Assembly (NCBI GenBank): GCA_964016885.1
Contig: OZ024743.1
Location: 342,178,001-342,242,000, forward strand
Direction of reading: 5' to 3'
DNA length: 64,000 nt
DNA from: Eledone cirrhosa
Lineage: Eukaryota
Below the pieces are notes generated by a model. That model had not been told where the DNA came from. It was given only the letters and a program-made list of their open reading frames with translations, and did not search any database. This document shows, piece by piece, positions 55,331-64,000 of the stretch. Position 1 is the first letter of the stretch, and each line of letters begins with the position of its first letter. The position numbers and the translations under genes were made by a program.

Positions 55331-55944
55331 AGATATATATAAATAAATGTTTTGATGTATTTGACTGTGTATTCGCGTTATCAATGGTTCCTTGAAACAT
55401 TACAAAGGTAATGTACCATCTACAAGGAACAGGAATGGTTTTAGAATTAAATTAATTATCCACTGACATGATGCAGCTCTCCACCACCAATAATCTAATT
55501 TAAAAATCGTATAAAACTTTTGGAATTAAGTCAGATTTTAGATATATTATGTACGACTTATCGCAAATCCTATATGTCTCAAAGGTATTTCAACATTTTT
55601 AATTAAGTGTTTTTTTCCTAAAGGTTGTGTTGAAAATTCAATTTCTGGAGTGAATTTTAATCTAATAATTTGTTAATTAATAGTTAAATTATTTAGACAC
55701 ACTCACACACACATAGATACATACATAGATACAAACATACAAACACACATACATGCTCAGGTGCTTAGATTCATACAGACATACATACATACAAACAATC
55801 ATACATACTTACATAAAAATCTAAATATTCTGCATGTGATAACAGATACAAAACATATGTACATGCACACATATAACTCAAAACATGCACATCCATACAT
55901 ACAATCAATACCTGCGCACACATATACATATACTATATACACAT

Positions 55945-56051
55945 ATACCTAGTTGATGTTTTTTTCCAATTGAACCTTTGTGTATCTTTGTTAGAAACCG
56001 ACTCACTCACTCTCTCTCTATATATATTTTTCTCCCCCCTCTCTCCCCCTC

Positions 56052-56107
<56 letters not shown>

Positions 56108-56152
56108 TCTCTTGGTAAACAATTATAAAATTATAAAACCAGAACATACATA
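55945..56152 (+). repeat. Decayed 3'UTR of R4-like family B, ending in catacata
   Basis: acctagttgatgtt...ttagaaaccgactc...aaattataaaaccagaa matches 47590-47692 reversed. Confidence 0.65.
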
Positions 56153-57137
56153 AATACGTACTTATATAAATACATGCATGTACACACACAGAGACATGCC
56201 TATATGTACGTCTATATACATGTGTGTGTGTGAATGAGTTGTATCTCATAATTATCTTCAGTACGTTTGTCACTGCTGAACATTGAAAAAATGTAGTATA
56301 TATATTAGATTAGTCTCGGTCTCAATACGTACGTCATACAGTTTCCCTGTAATAGATTTCATACAAGAGGACTGCGGTTCAGCAGAGGCTATGTGACAAA
56401 CACTTACCCAAAATGCATGATACCGAATAGGATGCATGGCAGTATTACTGGGTATCAAACGCTTCGGTCGCGTGTCAAACATCGGTTTATACAAAATGAC
56501 AGATACGTCATTTTTGAAGTATACAACGCTCTTGATCAAGCGCAGGTTCCTAGATCACACATTGAGACTTTTACGTAACTTCTCAATGTATGTATTTCGG
56601 TATGATTTGTTGTAGACAAGCTGACAGCAAAGATATTACCTTGAACACATCAAGGAGCTGCTAGGTGAATGAAACCGATGGGCAAGGTTAGAGAATATTG
56701 CCTATGTGAAACAGTATCGTGCCAGGTTAAAGAAAATTTGGCTGCTTTCGGAGGTGCTGATAGATCATAATGCTGATGATGATGGTGATGATGATGATAG
56801 TAATGATGAAGATGATGATTATGATTATGATGAGGAGGACTGGAGGACGGGAGGATAAGTTTCTCAATGTTGATATACAACAGAAAAATAAACTAAAATA
56901 ATCTTCATTAGATATCTTATTTTAAATGTTATGTTATGCGATATTTTACATATATCATACAGCTTGTGAAACATAGCATTACATCACTTAACGCTAATTA
57001 CAAATAGTAAAAGTTGAGTTTAGTTGAAAATCCAATTTCAAAGGCAAACGTGATTGTAATAAATTAAGTAATCAAAAGACGTCCGATTATTTCAAAACAT
57101 ATATTAATACACACACACGCACAAACACGCACACACA

Positions 57138-57213
<76 letters not shown>

Positions 57214-57260
57214 CACAGATACATACATATATATATTTATATATATATATATATATAAAA

Positions 57261-57334
<74 letters not shown>

Positions 57335-57337
<3 letters not shown>

Positions 57338-57722
57338 GAAAAAGAGATGAAATCGAAAATGCAACTGGAGTCTTATTTTTTTTTTAAATATATATATTTA
57401 TTTGGTTCCTTTACCGGTTTCGCAGTTCTTCTGCTTTTCAAAAGGTGAGTTGAGATGGAGGGTCTGTGTTTTTCTCACATGTGAGATGGAGGGTCTGTGG
57501 TTTTTCTCACATGTGAGATAAACCACAGACCCTCAATCTCAACTCACCTTTTGAAAAGCAGAAGAACTGCGAAACCGGTAAAGGAACCAAATATATATAT
57601 ATATTTTTTTTTAAAATAAGACTCCAGTTGCATTTTCGATTTCATCTCTTTTTCTTTATACTTTCACTCGTGTAGGACACCTCGGTTATTTTTCATTTTG
57701 TAAAAAGAACCTCACTTTCTAA
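57335..57722. mobile_element. Fold-back pLTR element, UUGAAAA-HHR family (best preserved copy)
   Basis: Arms 57337-57470 and 57521-57656, with a duplication of about 32 bp at the apex and (TA)n on both sides. Confidence 0.88.
57547..57584 (+). ncRNA. Minimal type I hammerhead with U3-A8 core
   Basis: ccuu-UUGAAAA-GCAG aagaa CUGC-GAAA-CCGG-UA-aagg. An identical copy is at 57408-57445 (-). Confidence 0.82.
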
Positions 57723-57879
57723 TATATATATATATATATATATTAGGTATAGGATTATCCAAGATGTAGTGATGGTTAATTACTACACTGGATATGGTTG
57801 ACGTACAGTAAGAGGTTACTCTACGAGTTATGGAAGAATTGTTCAAGAAACTTAGTTCCTGGTCCTTCAGTATTCCGGA

Positions 57880-58845
57880 GTGTATATAAAGAATGAATAA
57901 TAACAGGTAGACATCATAATCAAACATCCGAATCACCGTTTTGTGACCACGCTCGCCAACAAGACCTGGCAACTCCGTGAACACAACCAACAGTTCACCT
58001 TAAAATGGGATATACTTTCCAGCGCAAATGCATATCGGAGTGGATTGAAGTACTGCAGGTTATGTAACCTTGAGCTATTTTACATACTAAAATCCAAAAA
58101 CAAACTACTTAACGATAGAATTGAACGATCATTATACTGCAACCACAAACTAAAAGCTAAATTCTCTCACTATAAAATAACTTAACATTCGAACCTGTAA
58201 CTACAACACCACTTACTAGCTAACAACCTTCTCCTCCCCCCACACAACAAGACAATACACTGCTTATCACTATACATGGTAACTCAGTACAATTCCTAGA
58301 CTACTACTACAAAACCAAAAGTTCACTCACCACACATACTTTATCTGTGCCCTCTCTACCTATATATCTCTCTCTACATCCATTACACTCTCTCTCTCTC
58401 ACCTTTGACCTACCTCCCTCTCAACATCTATGAACCTGCCCTCTGGGGCAATAAATAATTCCGACCTCAACTATCTACGCATCTCTCCAAAAGTAAACAA
58501 TAAAACCCCTACCATAACATTTTGATTAAGATATCTACAAGCCACTCTCTCCTACTTCTCCAACCCCTGCATATCTTTCCTTCTCTCTCCTTCTTCCCTA
58601 CTTTTCTCTCTTCCTGTTCCACTCTATCTTCCCCAACAACCCCACTTAAGGGTTTTTACATTGTACATTTACCATTCTGCTCTGAGGAAACAGTGGTCAC
58701 AGCATTGGATATTCGAGTTCTGCAAATACTTGTGAATTTGCACGTAGCGGAACTAGGCTGCAGTACCACCATGGAAACACTTGTAAGCACACGGAATAAA
58801 TTACCTTTTTATGATGTCTACCTGTTATTATTCATTCTTTATATA
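57880..58845 (+). mobile_element. 5'-truncated Nematis-like PLE (endonuclease C-terminus, 3'UTR, pLTR) with a short inverted terminus
   Basis: TTLANKTWQLR...KWDIL...CRLCNLE...LLNDR...CNH. 57883-57919 is inverted at 58809-58845. Confidence 0.85.
58678..58789 (+). ncRNA. Type I hammerhead motif with 85-nt branched stem II
   Basis: ugcu-CUGAGGA-[aacaguggu...accaccaug]-GAAA-CACUUG-UA-agca, in sense orientation about 50 nt from the element 3' end. Confidence 0.6.
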
Positions 58846-58847
58846 TA

Positions 58848-58884
<37 letters not shown>

Positions 58885-60385
58885 ACAGGGAGAAAGAGAA
58901 GATTTATTAGGAAGAAAAATATATTTTTTTCCTTTTTGTCTCTCTCTCTCTTTATTCTGGTTTAGAAAATGATTAAAACGAAATGTTTTACTTTGTGTGA
59001 AGTGTTAAGGTATTAGTTGATTTATTTATTATTTAACAATGGCATTTATTTATCTATTTATATATTTAATAATAGTCTATTACCGGTTTCAGCATTTTTA
59101 TGCATTATCAAATGATAGTGAAATGTATTAGTGTGGTGTCGCACATCTTAAACAGAAGGTGCAGAAAGAATAATGTTATTTACAAACAAGGTTTATGAAG
59201 TGAAAAGAAAAAAGAAAAAGGAAAAAAAGACGTGCATAATGTAGAGCAATAAAAAAGTCAATGTGGAAGAAAAAATAATGTTATTTACAGGCATTGTTAT
59301 TGAAGTTAAGCAGATCAAAATGTGTTGATATAGCAAGAGTGCTTAGTTGATCCATGATTCCGTGATGGAGGCAAATGGTCGACTGAGGTTTGATATGATT
59401 TCCCTTTTTAGAGAGTTAATATGCAGGGGGAAGCAATTCTTGCTGGATCATATTTAATTTATTTAAGAAAAAGGATTAGGTAGGATGTGAGGGAGGTAAC
59501 TCTTGTAAATGTTTGATTGTTTGTTGCAGTTTTAGATTGGTCCGATTTTTAGAGCATTAAGTAGAGGTTAAATTTGTTAATGAAATGTTTCCTTATTGGT
59601 ACGTTGGATGAAAGTTGCATTGTCTATGAATTTGTAAATGGGGAACATTTTTAAGTTTGGATGTTGTGAGTACAATTGGCGTTATGTTCACTAAATGCAA
59701 TCTTTCTGTATTCCTGTATTTTAATTTGTGATTTCTGGACGGTCATACGTTGACGGAGGCTGGTTTTTTGTCTGTCCTATGTAGTGCTCTCGGTTTTGTT
59801 ACTGTATGGTTCATTGTGAGGGTTTGTTGCATTTTGGCACTTGTGAGGATGTATTTTTATGGATTTAGGTTGTCTTTTGCTCTTTATGATGTTGTGTGTT
59901 TGTAGGATTTTGTTCATTCTTGGGTCTTTTTTTAGTAAAGGAATGTTCTGGAGGATGGTGTCGAATGCCTCATTGTTGAGGGGGTTGTGTGTGGAGATGT
60001 ATGGTAGAGTTTTTTTTGCTGTTCATTCCTGGGTTTGGGGTGTCTGAGTTCCTGGATGTCTAGTTTTAGGGCACGTTGGAATCCATTGGTGATTAGGGAT
60101 GGTGTGTAGTTTCTGCTGATAAGTGTGTTTTTTTAATTCTTCTAGTCATGTGTAGCATGTGTATTTATCTGAAACTATTGTGAAAATCCTTCTGGCTATG
60201 TTATAAGGAATTGCCATTTTGGTGTGTCTAGGGTGGCACGATTTGAATGGAAGGTATTGTTTGGAGTCTGTGGGTTTGTAGTATATATCTGTTTCTATTT
60301 TGTTTCTTGTTTTCTTGATGAGGATGTCGAGGAAAGGGAGTTGTTCATGGCTGTAACCCATTGTGAATTGTAAGTTTGTGTTGAG
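58885..60385 (-). mobile_element. Penelope/Poseidon-like PLE, 5'-truncated
   Basis: LQFTM...LPFLDILI...TDIYYKPTDSKQYLPFKSCHPRHTK.AIPYNIARRI, with a decayed endonuclease at about 59560-59800. The 3' end lies at (TA)n. Confidence 0.88.
59077..59118 (-). ncRNA. Hammerhead motif with U3-A8 core
   Basis: cuaucau-UUGAUAA-u GCAU aaaa AUGC u-GAAA-CCGG-UA-auag, with stem I bulged. Confidence 0.65.
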
Positions 60386-60443
60386 TATATATATATATAT
60401 ATGTGTGTGTTTATGTGTTTGTGTATGTATGTATAAATTCATG

Positions 60444-60474
<31 letters not shown>

Positions 60475-62316
60475 ACGTGTGTGTCTGTGTGTTTGTGTAT
60501 GTATAAATGCTTGTATATATATGTGTATGTGTGTATGTGTTTCTGTATGTATGAGGGGGGCGTGTGTATGCGTGTATATTAGTGTGTTTTATAATTGTTA
60601 ACATCATTTAACTCAGACACAAATATAATAATAAACAACTTATAATATTAATAAAACATCTATAATCACGCCGTCAGATATTCTTTAATGTTATCATAAT
60701 GTATAACTTTTCCGTTAAACTACCTTTCAATCCACGATAGATTAAACTAAATACCCATGATTTATAAATTTTACTTAATTCAATATGCGGTCGTATAACC
60801 TCATAAATTCACCATGTCACAACATTATGTGCATTAACTAAATCTCAGGACTTGATGAATTACGCCTCTTACCTTCGGTTACGATTTGGTAGTTCATCGT
60901 TTCAAACTTTAAGCTCTCAAACTTTTCTGCATATATATAAATGTGCTATGTAATGGAATATTATTTACTCCACATACGTATCAAGCGTTTACTGTCTCAC
61001 TCCTTAGTTTTACATCAATATTTATGCTAGGAATTGTTGACCTTTATATGCGGATTCTAATGGATATATTTTTAAACCTTATATTCCTTGTTTAATTGTT
61101 CATCCAGACCTAACCTATTCTCTTACATCTACAATCTAAGTTTGGAATTTAACTGTCATTCTTTCAAACCTTAATCTATAACTTTCCAAACTCCCTCTCT
61201 CACTCCCTTTCCCTCACCCATTTAGTATTTCCTTTCTTCTTAAATCCATTCTTTCAACATATATTACCGATTCAATTATACGATTTCTCTCAGAGAACCT
61301 CTGGAGAATTCAACGAAGAATGAAAGAAATTAGTAAACTTATGTATCAATAACTATGTATCAAAGGCTGTCCGTGTACAGTATTGGGTTATTTGTAAAGT
61401 TATCAGCTACATTTGTCATGATCACATGCATCCATATATAATACGAAGTAGTATATTGTGAAGAAGTTTAACGTTAACAAAAACATGCATATTAATAAAT
61501 ACATGCAGCGAATAAAGATAACCTTCAAGATTTCTATATGGCTTTTCGTAGTTGGATTGTATATCCACGTTCACAATAACCTCTTGAGAGGTTTTTTGGG
61601 GGGCATTTTACTCCTATAGATTAGCGTTTTTCCTAAGAGCGTACTTTATATATAAATGTATTACAAGGTGATGGATTTGCCCAATTTGAATTCCTAGTGC
61701 AGTGCTGTTAACAGGATGTAAACCACCAACTTACCGTCTGTTTGTTTAACGTGCGGGTTTGACAACAAGCATATGACTTTCTTCCTAAAATAATTTGTTT
61801 CCCTTTTCTCTATGTAACTGAAACTGGGTAATACCATTTTACCGTTTATTTTGACTTCTCCATAAAACCACCAACGTTGTTAATTCATCTAATGTTTCAC
61901 CACAGATTACGTCTAACAACATCCAATCACAGCTGTAGCTTTACTTGAGACTATGATAGAAGATATTTACCGAACGTGCGAGCTCTGAGGTCGAAGATAT
62001 AACAACGTGGTTGAAAAGCCAGCCACTTAATTACATAATTATTCATGTGCCCATGGATATACAACAGCCGAAATTAAAATGCTAAAATAATCTAATTTAA
62101 ACATCTTATTTAAAATGTTAAATTAAGTCATATTTTACTATGTATCATGTCCAGCTCATAGTAAAAGCATTGGTATATCTATCGAAGCTAATTCAATATG
62201 GTCAATTAATGTCTCTGACAATTTGCGTGCAGTTGAACATTTAGCTTTCAAATTGAATTCAACTTTAATACATCATTTAATTTTTAAAAGGCTCCCTTCA
62301 CCTAATTAAATTAAAA

Positions 62317-62371
<55 letters not shown>

Positions 62372-62864
62372 GTGTGTGTGTGTGTGAATGTGAGTATGTT
62401 CCGATGTGTGAGAGACTGTGTGTGTGTACGTATAAATATACATGTACTATATTGAATACACAAATCAAATGTGCTCGAGTTTAACATGATTTATTAATTT
62501 TTTTCATAATTCAGATATATATTATTTTAAAACCAAAATTGTGCTAGTCAATTTATTATCCCTGGACTCGTTTCGACTCCGTCTCTCTCTCATCTTCTGA
62601 ACAAATGAGATTTATTGACCATGCAGCATGTAAAAGGAGAAGTAGAAACGTTAATGGAATTATAAACTATTCTATCCCGTGACAAATGAGAACATATGAT
62701 ATATCATGAACAAGCTGGATCAAAATCGAACACAACTGTGTCTTTATGTTTGAAAGAAATGATGAACGATATATTTATGAAAAGATCAACGGGTCCAATT
62801 TTGCCACAAATCAACTTTATTTGCTGGTGAATGGCAAATTGTTCCCGGGGTCGAAACCCGAAAA

Positions 62865-62918
62865 CTTTGGTCAACATGACCGCTTTGGTCAACATGAATG
62901 CTTTGGTCAACATGAATA
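62865..62918. repeat. 18-bp tandem repeat, 3 copies (ctttggtcaacatgaNNN)
   Basis: Copies start at 62865, 62883 and 62901. Confidence 0.95.
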
Positions 62919-63689
62919 TTGTGGACCAGGGGATTAGGTCTGTAAGTATCCCGAAACTATTTTTATTTGACTGTTGCAATCCTTATAAATCGCTCGATTG
63001 TTATTCACCTATCTGTTCTATAAGGGTGAAGATTTCTTATGAACAAATCAATATGATGTGCTCTGTAGCATGTTCTTACACACATGACTTAGCTTTCGTT
63101 GAGCAATTTATAAAAAAGCTCGATCAGAAAATTGCGTTGGTTTTTGTGCCTCTGCTATTAAATCGACCCAATTCCTCATGGTATGCATGGATGGCTGCTG
63201 GTCTTCCACAAACAGCCTTGCCTGGACTTGTGCCCCGTAGGTGCTAATCCCAAGGTTATCTGTGACCGAAGGGGGTCATTAATCTTTTAATATTTTACAA
63301 ATATATTCCATTTATACTTGATGGTTTACCTAGTGAGTAGATCTAGTCTTTTTGATTGGCAGACCGTAACATACTAAGCAAAGTATTCACTATTATGCGT
63401 ACCATCCATCATAGATGTGTCACGAGGTTGGTGCAGGAACGGGGTTGAATACGTCAATGAAAAAAAGAAGGCCAGATTTCAAATATTCCTTTAATGTAGC
63501 AAGAATCACAATACGTGTTTCTATGACCGACAGGCCCATGTTATCAGCCCATGATGCACATTATATGGTGTAATTCAGGTGTAATTCACATGAACTATTT
63601 AGTGGTTATGTAATCAAATTCTTGATTACAGCAAAATATAAACAAAGAATTGATATACAGGTTGTCCATCGGTCAATGTGACCTATGGC

Positions 63690-63900
63690 AGGCGGCTTCC
63701 GTGTGCTACAGATTCGAACACGTTATACATTGTTGGTTCGTGATCAAGGAAGGAGGTTGTTTGAGAGTACACATTCTGGTTAGTCGTAAAGCCACTCAGA
63801 TTCAATTATTTGGTGTATTTAACAAGGTCTGGGAGCACCATATAGGCTGGTAAAACCGTACTAGTCCCTGGCCGAAATCCAGCATTGCGTGACGGTGAAT
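63690..63900 (-). mobile_element. Possible ancient CR1/Jockey-type RT fragment
   Basis: The minus frame reads AGFRPGTST...VFESVAH, resembling GFRPGRST...FDSVPH, with an in-frame stop. Confidence 0.35.
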
Positions 63901-64000
63901 CTCTTAAAGAGTATACATATTAGTGGTATAACACGTTATAAATGATATAGAATGTGCAAAGATTACAAAAAGGAGGGAACCAGTAGTAAATTCTAAATGA

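Overview
AT-rich, microsatellite-dense animal (non-prokaryotic) DNA. The SINE and retroelement content and the (TA)n/(CA)n/(CATA)n density suggest a mollusc, probably an octopod cephalopod (inference). No intact host gene is supported, and most ORF-track entries are microsatellite translations. The window is mostly decayed retroelements. (i) Penelope-like elements (PLEs) of Neptune-like (20.2-25.9 kb), Nematis-like (16.4-17.7, 27.7-31.7, 32.4-34.4, 41.9-42.6, 57.9-58.8 kb) and Penelope/Poseidon-like (58.9-60.4 kb) types, plus more than 15 short non-coding fold-back elements, nearly all abutting (TA)n. (ii) R4/Dong-like restriction-like-endonuclease LINEs ending in (CATA)n. (iii) RTE-type LINE fragments. 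(iv) tRNA-derived SINEs. The main unexplained layer is a dense set of type I hammerhead ribozyme (HHR) motifs, roughly 30 copies in about a dozen families, read by eye from the fold-back elements. Three unrelated families carry the compensatory U3-A8 core (UUGAAAA/UUGAUAA). One family has a fixed CAGAAGA core. Some have 80-85 nt stem II insertions, and one has an extra nucleotide after A9. Two non-coding, self-complementary tandem monomers (322 nt and 466 nt) carry one HHR each and look like circRNA-producing retrozymes. Fold-back apices repeatedly fall in or next to the HHR. All coordinates were read by eye, so element boundaries are approximate.
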